Shown piece after piece: positions 13,824 to 27,212 of a stretch of DNA of 64,000 bases. This DNA comes from Octopus vulgaris. Its lineage: Eukaryota. Where the stretch lies: positions 12,586,001-12,650,000 of the forward strand of contig OX597826.1 in assembly GCA_951406725.2 (NCBI GenBank), written 5' to 3'. The stretch's first letter is position 1. The number at the start of each line of letters is the position of its first letter. Made by a program: the position numbers and the translations under genes. The notes under the pieces were generated by a model. The model had not been told where the DNA came from. It saw only the letters and a program-made list of their open reading frames with translations, and ran no database searches.

Positions 13824-14066
13824 AAGCGGCGAGCTGGCAGAAACGTTAGCACAAAAACGCAAGCACAGAAACGTAAGCGATTTGCTTAGCGGTAATTCGC
13901 CTGCCGTTACGTTGTGAGTCCAAATTCAGCCGAGGTCGACTTTGCCTTTCATCCTTTCGGGGTCGATAAATTAAGTACCAGTTACGCACAGGGGTCAATG
14001 TAATCGACTTAACCCCTTTGTCTGTCCTTGTTTGTCCGCTTAGCCCCTTGTGGGTAGTAAAGAAAT
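13824..14066 (+). mobile_element. SINE family N, monomer with tail A
   Basis: Head, core and tail CCCCTTGTGGGTAGTAAAGAAAT. Confidence 0.85.
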
Positions 14067-14199
14067 AGATATCTACATAGTGGTGACTTTGACCCCACTC
14101 TATAGCCAAAACTTTGTTCCCCCACCCTGGTTTGGACACAGCGGAACATCTACGATATACTAGCTGCAAGAAAACAGGGTTGCATCAGCCGTCGGCTGA

Positions 14200-14345
14200 T
14201 AGTCCATCTTAACAGAAAAGACTGTTAAGGAACGTGAAATGAAGTACCTTGCTCAAGGATACACTACACCTACCAGTATAGGATTCTTTGCTCGATTTTA
14301 TGATAGGGAGTTAAACAACTAAACTACAAGGCCTCATGCCTTCAC
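14200..14345 (-). mobile_element. Old tRNA-derived SINE (CCTTGAGCAAG core family)
   Basis: Reverse complement has a tRNA-like head then ATCCTTGAGCAAGGTACTTCATTTCACGTT. Relatives at 21347-21560 (+), 24130-24285 (-), 24960-25115 (-) and 40843-41058 (+). Confidence 0.6.
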
Positions 14346-14795
14346 ACACACACACACGCATACAGACAAAATACATACACACGGACACACTTTCACACAT
14401 TAAAAACATGCGCATAAAAACGCTAATTATTTGTAGAAAGAGAAAGAGAGGTATTCTGTCCTAAAATTGGAGTTACATTTTGAAGTTGACAGTTCATAAT
14501 CTCTGAGTTTGTCTACATAAATACACATATACACATGCACATACATATACAACCATGAACACACACACAGAAGTATGTATGTGTGTATGTGTGCGTGTGT
14601 GTAAGCATATATGTTTATATATATATTAGATTCCCAGGAATCTAATGCGCTTAGCTTAGTTTTTTTCCTTGGGGCTGGCCAGATCGGAGCAATCTCAAGA
14701 TTAATCAGCCGAAATTGCGAGGATGATCCGTTTCTTGACTGAAGATTGTGTTTTTGTATCGTCTTCTGAATGTTTTGCGTTCTTGTCCCATTTTG

Positions 14796-14835
<40 letters not shown>

Positions 14836-15266
14836 AGTATGTGCTTGTATATGTATGGCTGTGCATAGCTATGTGTAAGCGTAGGAATGTTTGTGCATGA
14901 ATTATGTTTGCGTATGTGTGTCTCAAAAGTCCCCAAGCCAACAACAACAACTAACAAGCCCCGCCCACATCTTTAACACAAGCAATCAATCAAAAACAGA
15001 CACAAGCTGCCTTCATCATTAGACTACAAACAAACCATTTTCAGAACACATAACATTAAATTATTTCCTTCCCAGTGAACATACAACTGAGTATATTTTT
15101 ATTTATAAGGTCACAAGTTCGAAAATATTAAAGATAGAAAATATTTTGCATCTAATTTCTCAAGCTTATAATTCACTTCCTTTTCATTTTCCCCGGGTCT
15201 TTCAACTTTTTTCTCTTCTCTTTGTTAACAAGATTAGATCAAAAATTTCGCCTTTCTTTCTTTCTC

Positions 15267-15322
<56 letters not shown>

Positions 15323-16021
15323 TCCTTCTTTCTTCTCTTTCACCTCATGATTCTCTAATTCTTAAAATTCTCTTTTTTTTTTACACTTATCCTTTCTTTC
15401 GTTATCCTGATCCTTACTCCCGCCAGTTTTCTTCGAATCGCTTTAGGATCTTTTCACTTTTTTTCTTATTCTTTGTCACATATACATAATAATCGCTGCT
15501 AAAGAATGTTCTTGAATTCGAAACCGTTACATCAGTATGTATGTAAACAGGTTTAAAAACCATGATTAGTCTTATGAGGACTGGGAAAGAGAAACTCAAC
15601 TAACGGCTTAGGCAGACACAACTTTTAGATAAATAGTCATATATATTGCTGGGTTGACAGTAACTTCGAAGTAACGACTGACCTTTTCTATGTAAAAGTC
15701 ACTCAATATATACTGTACGAAAAATGACCGAAGAAATGCTTCAGTTTAATATTAAATTGCTTTTATATATAGCTTCACCTATTAATGCAATTCACTATTA
15801 ATGCAAACATACACACACATATATGCAAAAACACTTTCATATATCCGGAGAAAGACACATAAACACATACACACAAATACATATTTATATATATTTACAT
15901 ATATTTATATATATATATATATTTACATATATTTATATATATATATGCGAGTATATACTTGTATATGTATATTTATATATACAGGTATGTCTATATGTAT
16001 ATACACATGTATGTGTATATG

Positions 16022-16067
<46 letters not shown>

Positions 16068-16436
16068 GAACAAAGTAGCTGGCTTTAAAATATCTAAATG
16101 AGACATGGAGTAGTAACGATACTAAAGAGTAAAGGTTATTTGCCAACATAAAGTGGCTGTTCTATTCAGAATAATGTTACTATCTTTTAACCCCAGGAAA
16201 ACACCTTTCCCCGCTTATTTTCGACGCACACCTGGAAAAGACCTAGAAACCATGATCTACTGGGCCTACTGAAGCTAGATGGAAGTAGTTCGCTCCTTTA
16301 CTTACAATATATAAATATGTGTCGATAACCAGCTGGGAAAGATATTTTCCTGGGGTGAATATATATATATATATATAAATAAATATATATATGCATATAA
16401 ATGTATATATATAATGAGAGCGTGGGGGTGGAGGGT

Positions 16437-16650
16437 GGAGGCGCAATGGCCCAGTGGTTCCGGCAGAAGGTGGTGGTGATCTATGATGTACTCTTTCGCT
16501 ACAACTTTCTCTCACTCTTTCTTCTGTTGGCCTGCTCGCTTAGTTAGCGGAGTGGCGTCATTTGAAGGCTAAAACAATGCGAAGCGCATTGTGACAAGTG
16601 TAGTGTAGCAACATCTGATAGCCTGGTCAGTCACAGTGATCACAGTGATA
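16437..16650 (+). mobile_element. tRNA-derived SINE family K, internally deleted
   Basis: GGAGGCGCAATGGCCCAGTGGTT is fused to CCGGCAG...ACAACTTTCTCTCACTCTTT, shared with the 63027 and 63790 copies. Confidence 0.75.
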
Positions 16651-17350
16651 TATATTTATATATGTGTGTGTGTGTGTGTATATGAATATATAAATATGTG
16701 TATATACATACATACAATTATACACTGAGTGGATTTCAGCATTTGAAAGATATAGCAGAATTCACGCTCGCACACATGCACACAAACGCAGACACATATA
16801 TGCACACACATAGGCTCACACTCATATCCACCCACATAGAGTTTTAACTGATAAACAAGAAAGCATTTACTGAGAAAGCGACTAAATATCGCTAACAAAA
16901 ACATAATCATTATGCAGACAGTGTTTCGTAGTAGCTTCCTATTCACCTATCATGGCTTACTCAAACAGTGAATCAAACTTCAGATTTTCTAGATAATTAT
17001 ACAAGTAACTTTTATGACAAAATTATAAAGATGGGCGTAGTTTTATATGAGAAACTAGTAAGTACGTTTTCCTTTCATATTTTAAAGGTACATTAAATTT
17101 AAGCACATGGAATTGAGCACATGCTATTAAAGATGGCACGAGAGAGAGAAAGCAGAAAACGGGGAAAGAGAATGCTTGGACAGTAAATTAAATCTGTAAT
17201 TAATAACGGAATGCTAAAGTAACTATAAAATTGAAAGGTAATGATCTGTCAGAGTTTGTAGGTGAGTTTAATTGTTTTGCAAATTCTGCCTTCAGTGATT
17301 GAGTGAAGATGTGTAAATTATATACAGAAATATATGCATCTATCTATCTT

Positions 17351-17476
<126 letters not shown>

Positions 17477-17514
17477 TTTATATACATATATGCATATACA
17501 TACATACATATATA

Positions 17515-18614
17515 TCTACTACATATGTGGAAAATCGGTGTATGTTTGTTTGTGGCGTTGTTAGCTAACTCTTCCTACATCATTTTATTGATTTCGATGA
17601 AACTTGACACGTGAGTAGAACTTGTGTCTGGAAACCTCGTTACATACTTAGATTGTTGAAAAAATCGACAATACGGCATCTGGAAGGGACCTTTATATCT
17701 ACTTTTTATAACTAATTTTTTTTATCCCCAAGGGAAATAACCCATAGCACCTGCACAATATTTTTTAAACTCTTAAGGGAAATAACCCATTTCATTGTTT
17801 ATGTTCGATTACTTTGAATATTGATTTTTTGCGTCCTATTTCTAATTTTTGCAGATAATATCACTTTTATAATTTATTTGACACGTGAGTAGGACTCATG
17901 TCCGGAAACCTCATGACATACTTAGGTTGTTGAAAAAAATCGATTACAGGATCCATCCAATGGATCCTTCTATCTACTACGTATTACAAATATTTTATTT
18001 AAACATCGCAAGCGAAATAACCTATACCACCTGCAGATTTTAGCGAAGCGATCAATATCTGATTCTCAGGATCAGCAGATCTAACTCTTCATTTCACTAC
18101 TCAGTTTTGAACTGCTTAACATTATTGCACTTCCTTAATTTGAATCTTAAACATTAAACACTTCATTCATACATTTCTATACATATATACTTTTTTGAAT
18201 GTCCATTACTCCGATAATTACACTTTTCCATGACAGTAGCTAATTTTTTTTTTATTCCACAACGTATTTGTAGAAGCTTCATGCATCGCATGGATTCTAT
18301 CCTCGATTGCCTGATTTCACTTAACACTTCAACAGCGCTTTTCTCACGGTAAAACAATAATTTTTCTGCGAATGACAGCAGTTATACATTTCCGAGATAA
18401 CTTCGCTAAGCAGAATAATGTCTTTGCCTCTCGCCAACCTCCGACAACCTCTCTCACCAACCTCCAGCAATCTCTTCTTCCGCCATCTGACAGTTTCTTG
18501 TGCTTTTTCGCGATGGAAAATACACCTTTTGTGGCAGTTATAACAAAATTGCTATAAGAGTAATAAGGCGTTTCAATAGACCATCTTTACCCCCGGGTAT
18601 TACCCGTACACCAG

Positions 18615-18618
<4 letters not shown>
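17515..18618 (+). mobile_element. Non-autonomous Helitron with an internal ~275-bp tandem repeat
   Basis: Starts A|TCTACTAC and ends with the CGGGTA-T-TACCCG hairpin then CTAA|T. 17603-17760 is repeated at 17877-18035. Confidence 0.65.
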
Positions 18619-18662
<44 letters not shown>

Positions 18663-18835
18663 TACATATATATATGTATATATATTATAAAGATATACAT
18701 TATATATATGATATATATGTATACATGCACATATATATGTATGTATATATGTATATGTATGTACATATATATACATATATATGTATATATATGTACATAT
18801 ATATATACATATATGTACACATACACGCACACATA

Positions 18836-18883
<48 letters not shown>

Positions 18884-18963
18884 TCTCTCTCTATATATAT
18901 GTACAGTGTACTGTTCCGTAATGGTAAAATCAACATATAAAGTATTCCATATGGTGAGATAAA

Positions 18964-19547
18964 TAATATTTAGTAGACAAAATATATGTTTTACGTGCTA
19001 CAAATAGTTTTATGCGCCGAGAGCATACCAGAGACATTTTTTATCACGTGTGATATCCAAACAAAATCTTCAGGCATTACAAACTAAAAATGGAACGATA
19101 GGATGACAGAAAAAGTGAGAAAAGTCAAGAAAGAAGTAGATATAAAAAGTAGAACATCGAAAAACCAGAATATGCAAAAGAAAACAAAAAAGCAAATGGT
19201 GAAAATTAGAGTTATTTGCACCACAAACTCTAAGCCACTATTTTTCAGCTTTATAACTTGCGGTCTAAGGGCAAATAACTCTAATATCCCACCACCTTTT
19301 GATTCTTTCTGTTTCCTTTTTCGTTTTCTGATTTTTCAATATTCCACCTTTTATATCAACTTCTTTCTCGTCTTTTTTAGACTTTTCTCTCATCCTATCG
19401 TCTCATTTTTAGTTTGTTATGCCATATGAACAGCGCGTGATGATTAATTTTGGACACCAGGCGTGTTAAAAATAATGTCTGGCATGCTCTCAGCACACGA
19501 AACTAATAGTAGTACATAAAACATATACCGTGTCTATTAAATAATAT
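18964..19547. mobile_element. Long imperfect palindrome (foldback/MITE-like)
   Basis: Arms of about 260 bp are reverse complements from the TTTAGTAGACA/TGTCTATTAAA ends to ATTAGAGTTATTTGC/GCAAATAACTCTAAT near the centre. Confidence 0.8.
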
Positions 19548-19719
19548 ATATAATTATTATATATGTATACATCAATATTAATATGTACATCACTATATAC
19601 ATCTATGAAATACGAATATACCTATGGCTAAAAAATTCATATATAATTATACAGTTATGTATGACTCTCTTTTTCTCTGTCTCTTTTAACACACATACAC
19701 ACATAAACGCACACACACA

Positions 19720-20030
19720 CATACATACATACATACATACATACATACATACATACATACATACATACATACATACATACATACATACATACATACATAC
19801 ATACATACATACATACATACATACATACATACATACATACATACATACATACATACATACATACATACATACATACATACATACATACATACATACATTC
19901 ATACATACATACATACATACATACATACATACATGCATACATACATACATACATACATACATACATACATACATACATACATTCATACATACATACATAC
20001 ATACATACATACATACATACATACATACAT
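19720..20030. repeat. (ATAC)n microsatellite of about 310 bp
   Basis: Direct reading. Confidence 0.98.
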
Positions 20031-20577
20031 GCACGCATATGCAAGAAATACGCAAATATGAATAATGCACCTACTAAAATATAAAATTGAAGTTACTACT
20101 CGAGTGAAATACAATATTTTGTAGCTATCATATAACATAATGGAATCATATATCCTTAAATCTCGTTAAATGGATTATACGAATAACATATACTTTATGA
20201 GAAAATCAAGTTGTCGTATGCTTTATAATAGCATACATATCATGTATGTGCATGAGTATATGTGTGGGTGTATGTGTATGTGTGTGCATGTGAGTGGGTG
20301 TGATACACATATACTCACGCACGCACACACTCACTATATATATATATATATAAACATATGCACACAAATACATAGATAAGAGGTTCACATACATTAAAAG
20401 GCGACATATATATCTGAGGATATATGTGTGTATGTACGTATATATAATGTACATCGATACAATATATATAAATATATATATATGTGTATATGTAGGTATA
20501 TATACATGTGGGTTTTTTTTTTTTTACTTTAGATGTATGTTTGCATATATACATACAAACCCACACATATATATATA

Positions 20578-20779
20578 CGAGGGAATACTGAAACGTTCCT
20601 GGTTTTAAGAGTGTCGCGAAAGGCCTGGTTGGAGCCCTAAAGTTCCGTGTTCTTTTTAGGGCTTAGAATGCTACAAAAACTGTGTGCCTCTGAAAGGGAA
20701 ATATATTGAATAAAATCAATTAAATGAACTTCCTGAATTTTCTTTTACCCAGAGCCAGGACGTTTTCACCCTTTTCTCG
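20578..20779 (+). mobile_element. Mariner-derived MITE with TA target duplication
   Basis: TA|CGAGGGAATACTGAAACGTTCCTGG ... CCAGGACGTTTTCACCCTTTTCTCG|TA. The interior encodes NCVPLKGKYIE*, a mariner C-terminus. Confidence 0.8.
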
Positions 20780-20793
20780 TATATGTATGTGTT

Positions 20794-20824
<31 letters not shown>

Positions 20825-21584
20825 GTATGAATGTGTGTATGTATGTATGTATGTATGTATGTATGTATGTATGTATGTATATATCTATCTATCTATCCAT
20901 TAACACAAACACATACATATGTATATATGTGTGTATGTGTGTGTATTTCAGTTTATATTGACGCACACATCATATATCAGCGTGTCTGTGTATCTGTGAA
21001 CACTCATTTACGTACAGACAAGCACGGACAACTCACTACATACCAGTGTATTTTAAAGAAAAAAAAATCTATAAAGTGGAGCGGTATTTTATTAAATATT
21101 CACAAATAATTAAGTAAATACAGAATTATACTTCGTTTATGCTACTCCAAACATTTCCGGATTTACTAATAAATATAATAATATTTAGACCAAGTTGCTT
21201 TTTGTCATTTAGAAATTTTGCTTGAGATATCAGGTTAGGTACAGATGTACTTGGATAAACTGGTTTAGCAAATATTGGTAGTAACAGTTCGAATTCTAAT
21301 ACGATCAATCAGTGGAATTGTTTCAATACTAACAGAGTAGTTTGTGAAGACATAGTTTAGTGGTTAGGGCATTCGGTTAGGGCATTGTAAGGTCGTGAGT
21401 TTGACACCCAACGGCGTGTTGTTTCCTTGAGCAAGATACTTTGTTGCACGTTGCTCCAATCTTCTCAGCTGGTAAAAATGGGTTGCACTGGTATTTCAAA
21501 GGGTCAGCCTTGTCACATCTTGTGTCATGCTGATTCTCCATGAGAACTACATCAAGGGTGCGTATATATATATATACACAGAAA

Positions 21585-21777
21585 ACGTGACCGCGTGTGT
21601 ACCGTTGGCGATTTTTTTTCCTCCGTCTTCCCTTCCTTGGATCTTTCCCTTTCCTATGTTTCTGACGAAGAGCTCCGCTCGAAACGTTAAATCCTCCTTC
21701 TTTCTTTCCTTTCCTGAGCGTCCAATAACCTTGCGTTGTTGTGTTTTCTCTTTGTGTTATCGTGTTTGGAGCAACTT

Positions 21778-21778
<1 letters not shown>
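21585..21778 (+). mobile_element. Short PLE-related element embedded in (TA)n; sister copy at 55760-55981
   Basis: Two diverged copies of about 200 bp, each carrying a hammerhead motif. Confidence 0.65.
21658..21692 (+). ncRNA. Minimal type I hammerhead ribozyme-like motif, canonical core
   Basis: GTTT-CTGACGA-A-GAGC-TCC-GCTC-GAA-ACGT-T-AAAT, with palindromic stem III ACGT and a GUU triplet. Confidence 0.75.
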
Positions 21779-21820
<42 letters not shown>

Positions 21821-21903
21821 ATCCATCTGTCTATCTATCTATCTATCTATCTATCTATCGATCATCTATCTCTCTTTCTATATACATATACATATACACA
21901 TAC

Positions 21904-21938
<35 letters not shown>

Positions 21939-22725
21939 CATACATACCTACATACATATTAACAATAACACACACACATGTGTATATATGTGCATGTGCA
22001 TGTATTCTATGTTTATATGTGTGTATACGTGTGTGTGCGTGTATGTATATTCGTATACGCTTCATACACCTATCTCTAACAGTATTTGTAAATGTATGTA
22101 TTTTATGTGCGGTTGAACGTATAAACGAATACACATTCAGACTCATTTGCAATTCCATTTTCCGCCGAAGCTCTTTCTCATCAGCAAACCATAGATTTCT
22201 TTCTTCTCGTATGCATTTCTTCTGTTTATAAGTAGTTTACTGAAGACAGTTAAATACAACAGAATACCGTAAGCATAAGATGTTGGGAAGAAGGCAGTAC
22301 GATATAATATTGTTGATTTAATTACGGATCTGATAAATTCTAGAAAACAGCTTTCAGCTTTGATTAGCAACAGAAATATTTTATATGTAAACAAGTATTA
22401 CTTTTCTTTGAATATATTGTATATGTGTTATATTCTAGAGAAGGAGAAACGAGCAGTTATTTCTGATGCGTTTCTCTAGTAATTGTTAGCGATGTAAGTT
22501 TAAGTTCTTTAATAAATGTCAAAAATACGTAAGCGAATTGGAATTATTGCGAAATGCTTCTTTTCGTTAACTCGCTAATAACCCACAATATATTTACCAG
22601 TATTAATTATAAATGGTTCCGTAAGCTGCAGCTTCTATTTATTTTCTTCTTTATCTTTATTTGTTTCAGTCATAACACCGCAACATTGCCTTGAAATATC
22701 TTAATCGAACGAATATATCTCTATC

Positions 22726-22796
<71 letters not shown>

Positions 22797-22819
22797 GTCT
22801 ATATATATTTTCTTTTTCT

Positions 22820-23221
22820 TTTTTTTCTTTTACTTGTTTCAGTCATTTGACTGCGGCCATGCTGGAGCACAGCCTTTAGTCGAGCAAATCGACCCCTGGA
22901 CTTATTCTTTGTAAGCCCAGTACTTATTCTATCGGTCTCTTTTTGCCGAACCGCTAGGTGACGGGGACGTAAACACACCAGCATCAGTTGTCAAGCAATG
23001 CTAGGGGGACAAACACAGACACACAAACATATACACACACACTTATACATATATAAATATATACGACAAGCTTCTTTCAGTTTCCGTCTACCAAATCCAC
23101 TCACAAGGCATTGGTCGGCCCGGGGCTATAGCAGAAGACACTTGCCCAAGATGCCACGCAGTTGGACTGAACCCGGAACCATGTAGTTCATAAGCAAGCT
23201 ACTTACCACACAGCCACTCCT

Positions 23222-23226
<5 letters not shown>
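22820..23226 (-). mobile_element. SINE family C (tRNA head, CORE-like domain, internal microsatellite, stem-loop tail)
   Basis: Reverse complement of the GCGCAGGAGTGGCTGTGTGGTAAG...TTGGGCAAGTGTCTT...CAGCATGGCCGCAGTCAAATGACTGAAACAAGTAAA element. Confidence 0.9.
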
Positions 23227-23262
<36 letters not shown>

Positions 23263-23322
23263 GGTTTCGAGATGATGTACAGCTATTATATATTAGAAGA
23301 AATAAGGAAGGCAGAAATTTGG

Positions 23323-23461
23323 ATGGTTTTATATTTACAGATATTTATTAATATGTCACATGTTTTTATAAATCATATATTAGTGCTTTGGACGCAAGCG
23401 CTAATATATGATTTATAAAAGCATGTGATATATTAATAAATACGTGTAAATATAAAACCAT
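23323..23461. repeat. AT-rich hairpin with ~66-bp arms and a 7-nt loop
   Basis: ATGGTTTTATATTTACA...TATTAGTGCTT tggacgc AAGCGCTAATA...TGTAAATATAAAACCAT. Confidence 0.9.
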
Positions 23462-23500
23462 AAATACTTTTTTTTATTAAAGCTGCAAAAGCATCAGAAA

Positions 23501-23542
23501 AACTGCTGCTCAGAGTTTCACGTTCCCGTTCGTCGGGCAATT
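23501..23542 (-). ncRNA. Hammerhead-like motif (U4C and U16.1C variant, probably inactive)
   Basis: Reverse complement AATTGC-CCGACGA-ACG-GGAA-CGT-GAA-ACTCTGAGC-A-GCAGTT, with a 6-bp stem I. Confidence 0.6.
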
Positions 23543-25159
23543 GTAATCAAGAATCTTGGAAATGGTGTCTGGTACTTTGTAGCTATAATATAGTGATATT
23601 TTTCAGAAACAATTTAACATTCGTATCTCAGTCGAACATCAAGTCCTAAATCCAAAAAGATAAAAATGTTCCTGTTCAGTCGGCGCGAGCAGACGTTTTA
23701 AATATAATTTATTATTTATAGAAATGTTGAGAACATGGTGAGAAGAAAAACAGAAGAGCTGCTCAACTGGTATACCGGATTTGCTGAAGTTCATGAGACA
23801 CAGCTTTAAGCATTTCAGCAATATTGTGTTGGTGTTCTTTGATAATTTTTTCCTAAACATTTGAATTTGAACAACACATGATTCCTGGTACCTTTATAAT
23901 GAAATAATAAGAGATGTACGTTCATACTCACATGAATAGTTGTTGTTGTTGTTGTTGTTGTTGATGATGATGATGATGATGATGATGATTGTGGTGGTGG
24001 TGGTCTCTCGTTATCTGAAAAAGAAGATTCTGCAATTTCTTACTAAACAAACTGGACATATAACTTGTCTAGAGTGATCAAATGTCTGGGCTGGACATTT
24101 GTTTGCTCGCTCCATCAAATCGTCGTTGCCAGAACAGATGCACGGCCAAACATATGTCAGGTGTCGAAGTGACCGTAGAGCAAGGTGAGATGAAGTGTTT
24201 TGCTCAAGAGTAGATTGCACCACTCAGTCCAGAATTTGAAACCGCGATCTCACGATCATGAGTGCAAAACTATAGCTACAAGACCATACATGTGTGTGTG
24301 TGTGTTTCTGTGTATGAATGTATATCTGTATATGAATGTATATATATATTTCCATTATCTTTTATTTATTTCAATCACTTGTCGGCAACCATGCCGGAGC
24401 ACCACTTTGAAGGGTTTTTAGCCGAACAAATCGACACTCGGATACATTTTAGAGCCTAGTACTTATTCTATCGACCTATTTAGGCCGAACCGCTAAATTA
24501 TGGGGACGTAACCACACCAGCACTGTAGTATAAGATACTTGCCCAAGGTGCAACGGAGTGGGAATGAACGTAGAACCATGTGGTTGGGAAGCAATCTTCT
24601 TTATTTCATCAAATTAGCCAGAAAGGCCATACATAGATGGAAGCCAATGCGGGCTGGACAACCACACAAATGAAATGAATGATGAGTAAAATAATGATAT
24701 TAATGAGGGAAGCAGACGACGCCCGCCTATCGCTGCTTCCTGAAAATATTGTTCCTTTTTTTCTCATTTATAAAAACAAATAGAGGTTATAAACCTCTTA
24801 CTATAGTGTTGGTAGCTAATTAGCATAGAAGTTAAAGCGTCTGATAGGCTTTTGTAGGAATTGTTTCCGCCCTTAGCATTCCGATTTCAAATAACTTCGA
24901 GGACACTAATAAATGATACCCTGATTGCTAGTTGAGCAGGCATACGTCGAATAAAGGAACGCTAGTCCATTGCAGGGCAACTAATTTACGGCCGAATGAA
25001 CTGGACCAACATGAAATGAAATGTTTTACTCAAGAAAACCAGGCACCACCCTGTCCGGAAATCGAAGACAAGATCTTGCGAGCTACGCTATAATCACTCG
25101 GCCACACGCCTTCACACCCCCACCATACACACACTCACATACACACTCCACACTCACAT

Positions 25160-25924
25160 ATTCTTTTCTACACTAGGTACAAAGCCCGAAAATTTGGGGG
25201 AGGCGGCCAGTCAATTAGATCGACCACTGTACGCAAGTGGTACATAATTTATCGATCCCGAAAGGATGAAAGGCAAAGTCGACCTCGGTGGAATTTGAAC
25301 TCAGAACGTAGCGGCAGACGAAATACCTATTTCTTTACTACCCACAAGGTGCTAAACACAAAGAGGTCAAACAAGGACAGACAAACGGATTAATTCGATT
25401 ATATCGATCCCAGTGCGTAACTGGTACTTATTTAATCGACCCCGAAAGGATGAAAGGCAAAGTCGACCTCGGCAGAATTTGAACTCAGAACGTAGCGGCA
25501 GACAAAATACCAATTTCTTTACTACCCGCAAGGGGCTAAACACAGAGGGGACAAACAAGGACAGACAAACGGATTAATTCGATTATATCGACCCCATTGC
25601 GTAATTGGTAGTTATTTAATCGACCTCGAAAGGATGAAATGCACAGTCGACCTCGGCGAAATTTGAACTCAGAACATAACGGCAGACGAAATACCTATTT
25701 CTTTACTACCCGTAAGGGGCTAAGCACAGAGATGTCAAACAAGGACAGACAAACGGATTAATTCGATTATATCGACTCCAGTGCGTAAATGGTACTTATT
25801 TAATCGACCTCGAAAGGATGAAATGCAAAGTCGACCACGGCGGAATTCGAACTCAGAACATAACGGCAGACGAAATACCAATAAGCATTTCGCCCGGCGA
25901 CGTTTCTGCCAGCTCGCCGCCTTC
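25160..25924 (-). mobile_element. SINE family N tandem array (one head plus four ~180-bp core units)
   Basis: Four head-to-tail copies of GAAAGGATGAAAGGCAAAGTCGACCTCGG. The single head is at 25880-25924. Confidence 0.9.
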
Positions 25925-26658
25925 ACACACTCATATATTATTGATATTGTTTGAAATTTCATCTTTTCCAATAAGCACAAGCGCAGCCTTTGATTATTAT
26001 TTACTTTAATTAAAGTTTTCCGGACTATTAACCTCGTTTCTTTGTCTTTCCATTTATATATCCTCTTAATCGATTCAGTCTCTAGTGAGGTTAATACACT
26101 GGAAGACTTTAATTATATAATAATTCATAACTAAACTTTAGACACATATTATTCGATTCCTTATTTAATTACTTATGCTGCTGGTATAAACATCATTTAT
26201 TACGCTTGTGTGACCTCCTTGGTAATCTATCTACATAGAGATCAGTTATGAGGTCACAAGAGTAAAAGAGAAGACATTGATACTAAACACTTAATTAAAT
26301 ACGAGATATTAATATTAATCACAATTAATGCGTGTGTTTATTATTGGTAAAATGACTCTTTCAAGATACAATATCTGTTTCTATGCAAGATTTAATTTCA
26401 AGACAAACACATACGTATTCATACTCACACACATATACGGTGTTATTCTCAGCCTCTCTCTCTCTCTCTCTCTTTCTTTCTCTCTGTCTGTATATATACG
26501 TGTGTAAATATGCACACACACACATATATATATATATATATAAATCACATCATAACTATTTCCAGTTGATTTCAACTATATGTGTCTCTTATCACTATAT
26601 TACAGCCCGAATCCTCATTCTTCTTCTTCTTCATAGATGGCATTGTATGAGAACGGGA

Positions 26659-26856
26659 AGGCGGTGAGCTGGCAGAATCGTTAGCGCGCTGGACAAAATG
26701 CTAAGCAGTATTTCGCCCGTCGCTACGTTCTGAGTTCAAATTCCGCCGAGGTCGACTTTACCTTTCATCATTTCGAAGATGATAAATTAAGTACCAGTGA
26801 AACATTAGTCCCCTCCCCACAAGTTTGAGACCGTGTGCCTCCAGTAGAAAGGATTA
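26659..26856 (+). mobile_element. SINE family N with tail B and a 13-bp TSD
   Basis: TATGAGAACGGGA (26646-26658) and TATGAGAACAGGA (26855-26867) flank it. Confidence 0.85.
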
Positions 26857-27039
26857 TGAGAACAGGATCTCAACGCATATGAAAATCAAACCTCATTCAT
26901 ATGGTTACTAGGTGTGCACTTTTGCACTACTAAGTACACACACGCGCACACACACACACACGCATACGCGCACTCGCGTGTACACACACTCGTGCGGGCA
27001 CATACTCGCGCGTGCACACACGCACAAATTCACTCACCA

Positions 27040-27082
<43 letters not shown>

Positions 27083-27089
27083 AAACATA

Positions 27090-27143
27090 TTAGGCTTCCT
27101 GGCTTTCAAACAGGCGGCCCGGGTTCGATTCCCGGCACGAGAA
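27090..27143 (+). pseudogene. 5'-truncated tRNA-Glu(TTC) pseudogene
   Basis: TTAGGCTT-CCTGG-CT-TTC-AA-ACAGG-CGGC-CCGGG-TTCGATT-CCCGG-CACGAGAA. The T arm is perfect and the 5' acceptor and D-arm part is missing. Confidence 0.85.
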
Positions 27144-27212
27144 CACAACTATTCTAAGGCCGTGGTCAAGTATGGCCGCAGTCAAATGACTGGAACAAGT
27201 AAAACAATATAA

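Noticed and set aside
25160-25924. CRISPR-like periodicity
   Set aside because: Whole 180-bp units repeat with no unique spacers, and this is a eukaryotic SINE array.
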